From the NCBI GenBank assembly GCA_951406725.2, contig OX597815.1, positions 130,572,001 to 130,636,000 on the forward strand: a stretch of DNA of 64,000 bases, given 5' to 3'. Under the pieces are notes generated by a model, which was given only the letters and a program-made list of their open reading frames with translations, searched no databases and had not been told where the DNA came from. How positions within the stretch are numbered: position 1 is the first letter of the stretch; each line of letters starts with the position of its first letter. Shown here piece by piece: positions 51,225 through 64,000 of this stretch. Source of the stretch: Octopus vulgaris. Lineage: Eukaryota. Made by a program: the position numbers and the translations under genes.

Positions 51225-53241
51225 CTGAAAAGAGAAAGAAAATGTGAGACAGTTAAAAAGATACAGTAAATTTAATCCAGCTAAAAGAACTTAACTTAAT
51301 AATCTATAGTAATTATACATACACACACTATATATACATACACACTATATATATATATATAATGCAATTAAAATATAATCTACGGTATATTACTTATGAA
51401 TACAGCTGAAAATATTTTAGTGATTTAAAGATTAGACATAAAATAAACATTAAATCCTAATAAATGTAAAAAGGTGAAGCTGTGGTTTACTAATATATAT
51501 TGAGCCAAGGTCACCAATTAAAGTTAAGTCTGAGAAAAATTTACACTTAGTGTAAGAGAAATAATAAGTCTCTTGTTCTCATGTGTGGAAAACAAATCGA
51601 TGTATAGGAAATATGTTGAAGTTACAAAAATATTCAATATTTCATTCATTGATAAAAGCTTAAATATATTTATGACTTTTTCTATGCATTATTAAAACAT
51701 TTAAAAAAATTAATTTTTGTTATAAGATAATTAATACAACCGATAATTTAATAAACCCAGATATACTAAGTAGTAGAAATTTCTCTGCAAATGGTATTAT
51801 CTTACAGCTGTCATAATCTTCAACTTCCCTTCAGTTACACAAATATTTTGATATTCTTATCAGCATATGATATAAAAACAAAATATTACTAACTGCCTAC
51901 CTGTCATACCAATTTTTTAAAAGCATATTGAGTATTTAATGTGCAAGCTACAGACAGAAAATGTAAATATGAAACATGCTTAAACAAAAATAAACAAATA
52001 ATAGATGACATCAAGTATGAATGTGCTTTGCTATTTGCCTTTTGAGAAAGAATTCAACTTGTTGAAAGCCATGAATAGTTGTGATTAGCTATGACAATGA
52101 CATACGTGAAAAATTGTGTAAACATGAAGAACAGAACTGGTTTAAATTTGACCAAGGACAAAATACACAGACATTGAAAAGGATGCTGATCCACTTTGCT
52201 GTACACTGAGGTTTGTAATGAGTTCTGGGGACTTTTAAGGCAGGACTTAACTTAGTTTCCATGGCATATAAGTGGCAGATCATAAACCCCACCCCATTGG
52301 GATGTTGGTTCACTGCAGAGTTAACTTCTCAGCTGTTGCTACAACTCATTTGTGGCTGAATGGACTGGAGCAATGCAAAATGTAACACCCTAACTACTGA
52401 ACTACATACTTTCATCTTAGTTCTATGTTTACACAAAGGAAAAAAGAACTAACACTTTCTAAACTTAAATTATGCTGAGATAAAATATTAAGACAGTATT
52501 TTTAATATATATGTAAAATAGGAGAAAAGGTGGTGGGGTGTTCCTGGTCAAATTTAAACCATGTCTGTATACTTATGTAGAGATTTACCATTTTGGGAGT
52601 TAGTATTTTACAAATATGTTAACTCTTTCAACCTTAATGTTCTTGCTAATTGTATCAGTTATGTTAATACTTATATTCTGATGATATAATTACACAACAG
52701 TGAAACATTACGCAAAATACATTATTAAAGTATTGAAATCATGGTGCTGAAATCTTAGGATTAAATTTGTCATTTATTCCCTTGGAGATACACGAGTGTG
52801 TGTGTGGAAGGGGGCTTCAATAGAACTATATTTACCAGTAATATACTGAGCACTGGACCATCGAGATACTCAAATCATTCACTATAAATGATATGCCTGT
52901 GCTTGGGTTAAGAGATTGTTATTATAGACATAATACTGAAATATTGGTTTCACATTTTGGCACAAGGCCAGCAATTTCAGGGGCGGGTGTAAGTTGATAA
53001 TATTGACTCCAGTGATCAACTGGTACTTATTTTATTGTATCCGAAAAGGATGAAAGGCAAAGTCGACCACAGTGCAATTGTTACTCAGAATGTAAAAACA
53101 GATGAAATGCCACGAGGCATTTTACCTGACACACTTACAATTCTGCCAGCTTGCCACTTCATAGTATGGAAAAATTACATAGGATGACATTCAGAACAGA
53201 ATTGATCAGCTCATGTCATTTTCAATTCAAGCTAAACCAAA

Positions 53242-53377
53242 AGTTTGAGAGCACTGGGCTTTCTGTTTGATGGCTCAGATGGTTTAGCTTGTGATAAGTC
53301 AAGTATTCTTGTGTTCTTTCCTTATCACAAGCTAAACCATCTGAGCCATCAAACAGAAAGCCCAGTGCTCTCAAACT
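53242..53377. repeat. Perfect 57-bp inverted repeat with 22-nt spacer
   Basis: 53242-53298 is the exact reverse complement of 53321-53377. Confidence 0.92.
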
Positions 53378-53475
53378 GGTACTTATGCTATCAATTTCTT
53401 TTGCTGAACCACTAAGTTATGGGGGACGTAAAAACACACCAATATCAGTAGTAATGCTGTAGTACTGAACACGCA

Positions 53476-53515
<40 letters not shown>

Positions 53516-54354
53516 AAATCTGATTCTTTCAATTTCTGTCAGCTAAATCCACTCAACTCAAAGCTTTGGTTGGCCCAAGGCTATAATAGAAGACACTTGC
53601 CCAAAGTGCTACACAGTGGTGGGGGGAGCAAATTGGCCCAACTTCAGAACCTTGGCCAACCAAAGCTTGGTGAGTGGATTTGGGAGATAGATACTGAAAG
53701 CAGCTTGTCATATATATATGTGAGTGTGTGTGCAGGTATGTGACTGTTTGTGTTTCCTTGTCTTAACATCATACGCTAGTTGCGAGTATTTCAATCATAT
53801 AAGCAGTATCATTATGGTGGTGGTGGTAGCTCTGAACGGGGTCTTAGGGAGTAGCGTCCCTGCCTTCCTGAGCTAGTTTTCCACCTATTTCTTAAAAATC
53901 GTGGTAGACCCCTTGGTCTCTAGAAACTGAGGGTGGGGGTAAGCAAGGGCATGCTCCCCGTAGAAAATCCAGCTACGGAAAAGTCTCATGATAATAGCAA
54001 AGGAGTCATTCATATCCAATATTCTGTGCAAACATGTTTGGACATGGGGAACTATGACTTTGCAAAAACAACACAGTACCCATGACTTTCGGAAGAATTT
54101 TGTCAGGTTCACAATTCCTGGAGGAAGGAATAAACTATTTGCATCCTGATTGTTAGCAATCAGGACACTACATCCCTCAAAACTTCCAGGTTTGCTGAAA
54201 TTCACCAACAGTAAACCTGATGTCTTCCTTCCTTTTTCTTTACACGACTCATTCGTTGTTCACCTCTGCATTATTCTATGTATTATACATGCACTTTTGG
54301 CTATTTATTTTGATGAGCTGTAGTTTACCTGAGCTCTGCATACAATAAGTTCAT

Positions 54355-54392
<38 letters not shown>

Positions 54393-55721
54393 TGCTGGAG
54401 TGGCTGTGTGGTTCTAGGTTCAGTCCCACTGTGTAGCATCTTGGGCAAGTGTCTTCTACTATAGCCTCGTGCTGACCAAAGCCTTGTGAGTGGATTTGGT
54501 AGACAGAAACTGAAAGACGCCCATCATATATATATAAGTGTGTGTGTTTGTTTGTTCCCCCAACATTGCTTGACAATTGATGCTGGTGTGTTTACGTCCC
54601 CTAAATTAGTGGTTCGGCAAAAGAGACTGATAGAATAAGTTGGGGGGGGGGGGGGGAGGGATTTGCTTGACGAAAGGCGGTGCTCCAGCATGGCCATAGT
54701 CAAATGACTGAAACAAGTGAAGGCTGGCAACAAGAAGGGTATCTTGCAGTAGAAAGCCTGCTTGAATACTGTCCATCCAACTCATGCAAGCATGGAAAAG
54801 TGGATGTTAAAATCATACACACATATATATATGCATGCAGATACTCATGCATTAGTGGCAGCAGTGATGAAGGCTGAGACAAGTTGTGCTGAAGGCAATA
54901 CCTAACATTAGTCTCAATCTCACCAAATTCAACATCATTTCTCATCCTCTTAAATGTAATAAACTCATTCATCAGTATTAGGCTAATGTTGATTCATTAA
55001 ACTAAAAACCTTATTCTATAATTAAGAAATTAAATAAAAAATATTTGAAAAGGTAACAGCTCTTTCATTATTCCTAATACTAGGGTTGAAATAGTGCAGT
55101 AATAATATTTCATTAGAAATAAAATAAAACTAAATGTACCTTTGATAATGAGAATTATTAATGGTTTTGTTTGCAAATTTATCTTAATTTGTAAATTTTT
55201 CTTGATATTGGAGCAACATTTCAATTAATATGCTCTCCTTATCATTTGTGTTTATAACAGAGGTTAGAATTTCTTCCCTTTTTCTTGTGGTGGTGGTGGT
55301 GGTGATAGTGAAAACATGAATTTCTTTGAACCATCATAACAAGAAACGGTATTTGATGTTGATCAAAGAATGTATGATTGATGCATGATTTTAAATAAGA
55401 TGAAAAAACACATTGCAAACCAAAAACTATCTCATGTTCAAAAATACAAAAATAAAAGAAAATAAACATTAAAAAAAAAAGAAAACAGTTATACTGAGTA
55501 TTTAATTAAAATAAAAAAAAAAAATTCACACACAACCATCACCAAACACAGATCAAAATTGAAACGAAAAGAAAATTAGAAAAGAAAATATGTAAAGCAG
55601 CACAACATAGTCATTCCTATTTTAATATTTCTGAACATAGCAGCAGTGGGGTAAAAAAAAAATATACAAAAAAAAAAAACAACATTTGACAATAAAATAA
55701 ATGTTAAGGTTTATAATATAC

Positions 55722-55968
55722 CTCATCAGCTGTTAAAGAGATTTCTGTTAAATCTGCTGCTGCATAATCATAAAGGACTCTGGCATATTTTTTTTCAACA
55801 TTGGGAGATGGCGCTGTCACCTCAATAGCTGGAGGGGCTGATGGATTGGGGTAAAATGTGCTGAGACTAGCTAGTTGGGGCTGTGCACCAGCATTGGAAT
55901 TGTTCCCCAGTTCTGTGGCTGATGGAGCAAATATACTACGTGGTGCACAACTGATAAATGATGACAAG
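55722..55968 (-). CDS. SH3GLB1: Endophilin-B-like penultimate exon (linker plus N-terminal half of SH3); upstream BAR exons not found in window
   Basis: catttgcag|C...GATGAG|gtatat; encodes ...PSAPPAIEVTAPSPNVEKKYARVLYDYAAADLTEISLTADE. Phase 0 joins the exon at 51224. The acceptor is uncertain (55968, 55950 or 55935). Confidence 0.82.
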
Positions 55969-58900
55969 CTGCAAATGGACACAGGAAGAAGACTTCCGAT
56001 TAGAAAGCATGAAGCCTTTGTCCTTCTAATCTGGACTACAATTATAAGCAACATTAACACCGCTGAGATAGTCGAAGGAGTCCGCAGGACCATGTTATTA
56101 ATGCATCGCCAGCAGTTAACTTGATGAGCAAGCATTTAAGCTAGTTTACTATGCAGCAAGTAAAAGCTTAGCTACATTAATCTAAGTTGTACCACACAAG
56201 CATGAAATTGTTTTCTAGTTAGGAAATAATGAAAATAATGAGTAATAAGCTTTTTTTTTTAATGAAGAAACAAAATGGTTAAAAAAAAGAAAAAAAAGAG
56301 AAAGAGAGAGAAAGAACAGAAATGAAACAGCAATTCTGAAAACCCAAAAGAGACACACATTTACACACAACTATAGTAGTTGCAGATTTGAATTCTGATA
56401 GATTTATTTTGATAATTAATACATTTTGCAAAAGATACAGATTGTGGCAAGAAACACTCCCACATCAACTACAAAAAGATACTGTTACCAACTTGCCTGT
56501 CTTCACTGGTGCTGCACAAATGGTTGTATAAAATATAAGCTTTTCTGCCAATATTTTATACACCCAGTGGTGTGACATGAGTGAAGCTTGTGCAGGTGGT
56601 TATGGCATTTTTATACAGCTAACATTGGAGATGTTTTGCAACACTCTGTATATTCAGATTTTACCAGAAATTGAATGTATTTTTTTGTATCATTTCTTGA
56701 GGTTGTTGAAACTGGGCTAAAGACACAGAACATATATAATAATAATGATAATAATGATAATAACAATGAAGTTTCAATAAAATGTTTGCATCTGCATTCT
56801 TTCTTTTTAATATTACTATTATTTTAATATTATAGTATAATCATAATATTAAATAAAATATTATAATATTATATTAATATTAAAATATTAATATTTTAAA
56901 ATGTAAATATTGCATAATTTCTTTGGAAAGACAATTACTATTGTTGCAGGGACTGCTTTTGCTATCAGACATTAATAACTGATAATAAATTAAGGCAAGA
57001 TTACAGAGGTGGTGTGTGTATGTGTGTGTGTGGGACAGGAATGAAACAAATATTATTCAACCAATACAAAACAAGTAAACAAACTAGCAGTACTTTTAAT
57101 TAGTAATAGTTAAATCAGTTCCACATTTTTGAATTACACAAAAAAAAAAAATAAAAACAAAATCAGACTCAGTTTTTGTTATTCAAAACATATAATAACA
57201 AAGAGGCAGATAGAAGGGTCGTTGTTTATCTTAAGACAGGAATCCTTTAAAAAGTTTTGATTATAAACTATAACTGAAGATTGAAAAAAAAAATTCTAAA
57301 TTTTCAATGAAACGATAAATAATTGTTTGAGTGACCAAACCATTACTTGAATGATTAGTGTATTCTACAGGATTTGAAACACTTTTGGAAAGCAAACAGA
57401 CTGAGCAACTAACAAGATAAGGTTCCATCTCATACTCCAAATATTAAATAAAAAGAACTACCTTTAGATCTCGTACTAAGCCAGAGAACAAAATCTTGGT
57501 GATTAAAAACCACTAAACTAGCTAAATTTTTCATACTGTTTACAAAAAGATGAATAAAACTTCCTAATTTACTATAATGTCTAATTCTATTATGTTTCAA
57601 AATATTTTACACATTCATGAATTATTTATGTCAGTATATTTGGAGGTAAAATCTTTCGTATAGAAGAATCAATAAAATAATATTTTGAATATTATAATAA
57701 ACATTGGGCAGATTCAAAGGTGAAGTTAATTGGATATAATAATGAGAAAGAGAGAGACAGGCAATGAAAGAATAGATCTCAGAAAAGGATATAAATTTTA
57801 TTACTGTATAAATATTGTATGGTGTGGAATGTCTTTTTTTCTTTTTCATTAAAAGACAAATTTATGAGGAGATGAAATGTTCAGATTTAGATTTCAAAAA
57901 ATGAAATGACATGGCATTTCATAAACTTTGGGAAGTTTCACACATAAAGAGGATTATTGCTTAATGAATGCTTAACAAGGTTAATGGTCTGTGGTAGAAT
58001 GATTTGTTGAGATGACGACAATGAAATCATTAACAGTAATCACGAACCCAATTACAGTAAAACGATTATCTGAACATCAATTAACCAAACAAGATCCCAT
58101 TGTTTCATGACTATTTAACTGAATGTTAAAATAATACCAGTGCTACCATTTTCTCTTTTGTTGACAATAATGGAAAGTGAATTCAAATAACAGAACATGA
58201 GAAACACCACACCAAAGGTGTTTAGTGAAACTGGTGCAGTGATTGCATCTTTTGTCTGCAGTTATCAAAAGTACGCTGGGTTAGTCAAGTTATTTGATCT
58301 CCGTCATTCACTTTAAAAATGTTAAAATAGTTTTAACACACAAAAATGACTGACAGGCCAAGGGATTTAAAAGCATGGCAAAATCACATGATGTCTATTC
58401 ACTGTATGACTTTTGTATGAATGAAAGTTATCTGCTACAAAAAACAAAAACAAAAAAAAATCAATTTTGTTACTGTTAGTATGTCTGTGAAGAAGAAGCA
58501 AATACCATTGACAATCAAACAGAAGAACAAGATTTTATAACATCTAGATTATGGTGAAAAGACATCAAAGACTGCACATGAAAATTATATTGTAAAACTC
58601 ATACAAACACTGTAAACAAATATGCCTTTTTTCTGTTTTGTTTTTTTTTCTTCTTTTTTTTTTTTACATAATTATATTTCATATGGTTACCTTATTTTGA
58701 AGATCAGATCAGATGAGTAATCCGAACAATCAGTTACCCAAACTAAATCCTTCCTGTTTGAGACTTGTTTGGATAAATAATAGGTAGGGACATGGCTGTG
58801 TAGTAAGCAGCTTGCTTCCTAATCACAGTTTTGAATTCCTTATTGAAAATGATTAACAATAAACATAACCACTTTGAGGGTCATAAGCATTAGAGAGAGA

Positions 58901-60436
58901 GGAAATTCTCATGTGATAATATGGCAAAAGTAAGCAAAATGGTTATTTGCAAATGAGTAGGACTTGGTAGCAAGTATTATTCTTTCACTAATTGTTTTCA
59001 GTGCCTGCGTAGTCACAAGCAAACACAAACACTGTCTTGGTTCTCCTAACCTCAATCCGGTGAAACAAAGGATGTAGCAAGTACTAAGGGAGAAAGAGAG
59101 AGTTGAACCTGCTCAGCAAGTACTCATTTTGCAGCTGAAGAGACTGAGCAACATGAAATGACATACCTGGCTTGAAATCTCAATGCACTGCCAGTTCCAG
59201 GAATTGAACCCACAACCTTATTGTGAGGTCAATACCTAAACCACTAGACCACAAGCTTTTGTAATTGATAAAATGCATTTTTATAATTAAGATAAATAAA
59301 GATATGAAACAATGTATAAATATCTATAGAAGTAGAAGTAAAAAAAAATACAAAATGTAAATCATTTATAAATGATGCAGAAAGGATTAATGAAAATGAA
59401 ATAAATAAGGAAACAAATGATTCCAATGTGAACATATTTATATAAAATCACCAGAAACCTATTCAGGTATCCTAGGTAAAGATATCAAAGGAAGAAGATA
59501 GAGTAAAGAAGAGATGATTATCCAAATAATAATTAACTAATATGCTATATTATCTAAGTGATAGACATGATTATAATGACTATTGAAATTGTTTTGTTAA
59601 TATTGATAACTGGAACAAATAAGAATTTTATAGTCAGTCATCAGGGTTTCTTTGATATTTTTATCCTACTTCCGAATTATTTTGTAAACATGCAACCTCA
59701 GTCTACTGTTGACCATTCATGAATTTAAAAAACAAACAAACAAATAAGTTGTCTCTGATCTAAACTAGAAGTGAATTCATGACTAACAAAGGTTTCCGCG
59801 TTTATAATCATTTTATTGGAGAAAAGCTATACACACTGCTTGTATTGACATAATTTGGGGGGGGGGGGACAGAAAAAATAGAAAACAACACTAACGAAGC
59901 TTTTGAATTCAACTAAACTCAACAAAAAGTCCAGTGGATTGCTGTTGTATTGCACTTAAAAAGAAAGCCTTTGAAAGATCAACAATCAACCCCACAACTC
60001 ACATCATTTTCCTGATACTGTTAACAAACCTAACAAAATTTGCAGAGATGGAGATATTTTTAGTAGTAATACATGTCTGTAATGTTATATAAGATATAAT
60101 CATATACAAGCTAGAAATTTATCTATTATATCTGTGAGAGTAGATTCTTCTACTTTAAACATTTTCATTAAGTGAACTGATAAAGATAAATGCAAATATC
60201 TTCTGATACTCAAGGGAATTTTAAAACACTGAGTTCAGCCTTGGTTTTATGACATTAAATGGATAAGCAATGTCAGATAATCTTCCTAGAAAGGATCTGG
60301 AATGCTACATTAACTAAAATAAAATAGAGTTAGGTGTACTGCTACAATATTTAAAATACTGGTACTGATTCTGAATTTATTTTGAATCTTGGGCCATTTT
60401 GTGTCTGTACCAAAATCTAATTTATCAACTGAAGGT

Positions 60437-60664
60437 TTAACCCTTTAGCATTCAAACTAGCCATATCCAGCCAAAATATTTAACCTGTTTTATATTGAAA
60501 CTAACCAGATCTGGCCTCTCACCTCAACCCTACAATGTCATTCTAAAACTAAACAATCACATTATCAAAATCTCTATCCTATAAGATAATGCATGATTAA
60601 TTCAAAACAATATAAATAAACAAACATTGCATTTAATAGAATAATCTGAATATGAAAGGGTTAA
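60437..60664. mobile_element. piggyBac-type MITE
   Basis: TTAA-CCCTTTAGCATTC...GAATATGAAAGGG-TTAA; a partial relative lies at ~63159-63360. Confidence 0.75.
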
Positions 60665-63600
60665 TGGTCAGCAGCTTGTCACAAATGCCATATTGTAGCT
60701 CTAGCCTGGGTATTTTACAGTTAATGGTTGAGCTCAACTTGCTGTGTATAAGTGTCTTACAATCAACAAAAGGCTCTGTTTCGCTGATATTGTACAAGAG
60801 AGTTTACTTATAACATTGCAGTAGGCATTAGGATGTCATTTGAATGTATCTATCCATGCAGACAAAAGCTTTCAAAAAGAGGATTTAACAACTTATTGAC
60901 TATTACTGACTTTATTATTCATCCTTTAAGAGTAAATAAAATAAGTATATGCTGAGAGAGAAATCTTTTGGATGGCTCTCGTGATCTGTTTTGAAAAATT
61001 CAACATTATGTATTTAATATTCTGAGTTGATGGAAGTGGTCTTCAAATGAAGGTCTTTTTTACTGATAGATATAAAGTTTCTCCATTTGATATATAAATA
61101 CAGTCTATTACATTATATTAAACACTCTCTACAAAATAAAGCTATTGCTGTGTGTGTGTGTAAATAAAATGGCAACTACATTAAAAACAGCAGAGTATTT
61201 CCAAGAGAGAAAGAAATAGTCTTTAAATAACCACTTTAAATACTAAATACACAAACTTCACCCAACACCCACTATCATCTCTCTCCCTCTCTCATGGACC
61301 ATTTGCATTGCTGCTTATCATTTACGCTTGTCTTTATGTCATCATCCATCCTCACCTTTGTGCACCTCTGTTATTGCCAACCACTTCCCTCCCTTACTCC
61401 ACTCCAAATAACCTTGCTTTTTCTACTACATTCTTGCTACTTTCACACACTCATTCTGGTCTTTCAAATGCCATCTCTCTCCCTCTCTCTCCTATTCCCT
61501 TCCTAGGTCACCAGAGTAACCGTACAAACCCTAATTTATACTCAAACTCTTGCCCTTCCTCTCAGTTGCCTATTTTTGGCCTTTCTGCCATTGTTCCTTT
61601 CACTATTTCACCACCATGATCTACATATCTAAGTGTACCAGGCACCCTCATCCACTTCCTGCCTGAATTCCTTCTACAGGTCAAGACAAGGTCTACAGTG
61701 CTGGTGCTAATGAGAAAATACACCCAGTACCATGTAAAGTGGTTGGCAATGAGGGGGAAAGAAACCATCATCGGTCTATGGGGTCAGTGACTCTCAATGG
61801 ATAGACCATAATGACCCAATCAAACCCTGTCAGCACAGAAATCAGGCATAAAGTGATTATGATGAGTCACAAAGTTAATTTTTGTTGCTAAGGAATACAA
61901 TATTCAATTGAATATCCTTTGTGGTATAAGAACTTATTTTATCAAGTCTCAAGAGAATTAAGAAAAACAAAGAAAAATGTAAAACGATGGACCTAAATGC
62001 TATAAGCTGTCCTAATATGTGTCTTTAACAGTGAAATATAAATATTTACTTAATATATAAGCATAATGAGATCATTGCTTATAGTGCACAGGTGCACTAC
62101 AACTCATTGAAAATGGGTAAAAGAGGGGACAGGAAATCAGGTAAAAAAAAAAAGGCAGCAATGATAGCCAAAAATACATGCATAAAACAAAACAAAACAT
62201 ATTGAGCTTGAAGGACAATATGGAACCAATACATGAAGATTAATCAATAAAATGATCATTCAACTTTATTTAAAGCAGTATTGCTTTTTTGTCTGTATGT
62301 TTTACTGAAAAAATATTAAAATAAATTTAACATGAACTGACAAATGATGCATACACACATGCATGCAAATGCACGCATGCACACGCAAATGCATGCATGC
62401 ACACAGATACACACGCAGAGACTAAAACATGAGAAATACTGAAATGAATTCAAATAAATTTAACTTGAAATAGAGAAAGCAACTGAAACATAATAAATTC
62501 CACGAAAACATATTTAATAAGAGAAAAGAAAAATAAGGAATTGTGGCATTTATTAAAATTAAAAATAGTTAAATGCAAGACTGTTTTGAAATTCAAGAGA
62601 CTACAAGAATCTACAACTAATTTATACGAAACACAGTGCTTAGAAGTAGTAATGCCATACTGTTTGTTGCAGCTATAATAGACTCCAATCTCTCAACTAA
62701 TAGGTATCTTACAGAAACACTAATATGAGTTTAGAGAGAGAAAGAGTGAATTACAAAGACAATGCTGCTATCATTGTTATGGTGCATACATAATAATGAC
62801 AGAAGCAGGCTAGTGAAGGCAGCATTCTAATGAGGTGTAGTGATAACTGTGGTTTGGAAATAGATATTCTAATGGGTAGATTGTGGCTATAGATAAAGAC
62901 AAAGTGGCTGTTGCATAAAATATGTAGTAAAGAAATATATTTTGCTTGAAAAAAAAAAAAAAAATTGTAACCAAATAATATTTATTTTTCTGTTTAGCTG
63001 TTTACAGACAAAAGTTTAAACTGGAAGGAAAGAATTTAATTTGATTGACTCTGAATTGTATTTGCTCTTAATTCAATGAAAAGTCAAGAAGCATGAAGTT
63101 GAGAATGTTAACCATGAAATCTACAGCAAGATATTTGGAGTGATTCATACACCTTCTTTAACCACTTAGCATTCTGGTTACTCTATTAAATGTAATGCTT
63201 ATTTATTCACAGTTTTGAATTAATTATGATTTATCGAATAGCTTTGAGATTTCAAAAGTATGATTGTTTAGTTTTAGAATGGCATTGTCAGGTAGGCATG
63301 AGAGGCCAGATTTGGCTGGTTTGAACACAAAATTGATAGAATATTTGGTCTGATATAGCTGATTGAAATGCAGCTGATTTCAGTCAGTGGACCACAACCA
63401 TGCTGGAGCACTGCTTTCAAGAGTTTCAATTGTTTATATCAACCCCAGTATATCACCTGGTACTTATTTCTGATGTATCAACTCTAGTATATTCTCAATA
63501 TTTATTTTATGAGATTCATTCAGAGAAAGGTTAAGCCACCATGGGTGTAATTGGAGAGGAATGAAATACAAGAAATTTTTAGTTTCCTCACACCATTTCT

Positions 63601-64000
63601 TCAATTCTACTCACGCACACACAAACACACAATTACTGGCTTCTGCACAGTTTTTCATCAAGCTAGTCTCTTTTAGAAAGCTTTGGTCAACTTGAGCTTA
63701 TGGTGCTGTGCAGTGAGACTGAATCTGACAACGCTTGACTACAGAGTGAATTTCATAACCACACATTCACATATACAAGCAGCTGCAAATATCTAATCAC
63801 ACAGCTCATCACATACATACATATGCACATACATATATAAATAAATATATCAATAAATAAATAAACAAACACAAACTAACATTAAAACGAAATATATTTT
63901 CATCTGCAAATTGCTATTCTTGCAATCATGTATGTAAGTGTGTGTGTGTGCGTTTATGTTATAAAATAAATAAGTTGTTAGATTGTCAATTGTATTTCTC

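Noticed and set aside
53885-54208. 107-aa ORF in a GC-richer patch
   Set aside because: No recognisable motifs or splice context; likely a decayed TE fragment.
56720-64000. BAR-domain exons of endophilin B
   Set aside because: No convincing coding exon was found by eye. They probably lie beyond the right edge, though microexons cannot be excluded.

Overview
This is AT-rich, microsatellite- and transposon-dense animal genomic DNA. The SINE and RTE repeat complement suggests an octopus or other cephalopod (inference). Three intron-containing host genes can be assembled from GT-AG splice sites with consistent phases. (1) The first three exons of a FOXRED1-like FAD oxidoreductase lie on the minus strand (12300-12010, 4766-4637, 180-81) and the gene continues off the left edge. 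(2) A complete 11-exon, 404-aa AAMP/Sqt1-like WD40 gene lies on the plus strand (13004-49529), head-to-head with FOXRED1 across 703 bp. (3) The last two exons of an endophilin-B-like SH3 gene lie on the minus strand (55968-55722, 51224-51117), tail-to-tail with AAMP. The introns hold RTE LINEs (with a PHD-like finger inside the RT region), a Penelope-like remnant, a DD36E Tc1 element, a mariner remnant, hAT and piggyBac MITEs, Helitron/DINE-like elements, a probable solo LTR and many tRNA-derived SINEs. The most interesting signal is a set of short non-coding insertions built as inverted duplications, with minimal hammerhead-ribozyme motifs in their arms; two of them have 13-bp target-site duplications. 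One family has a tRNA-like Pol III head, and another appears to use a G3-C8 swapped core. They look like Penelope-mobilised ribozyme SINE/retrozyme-like elements. All copies here carry core mutations, so ribozyme activity is inferred only for the consensus.
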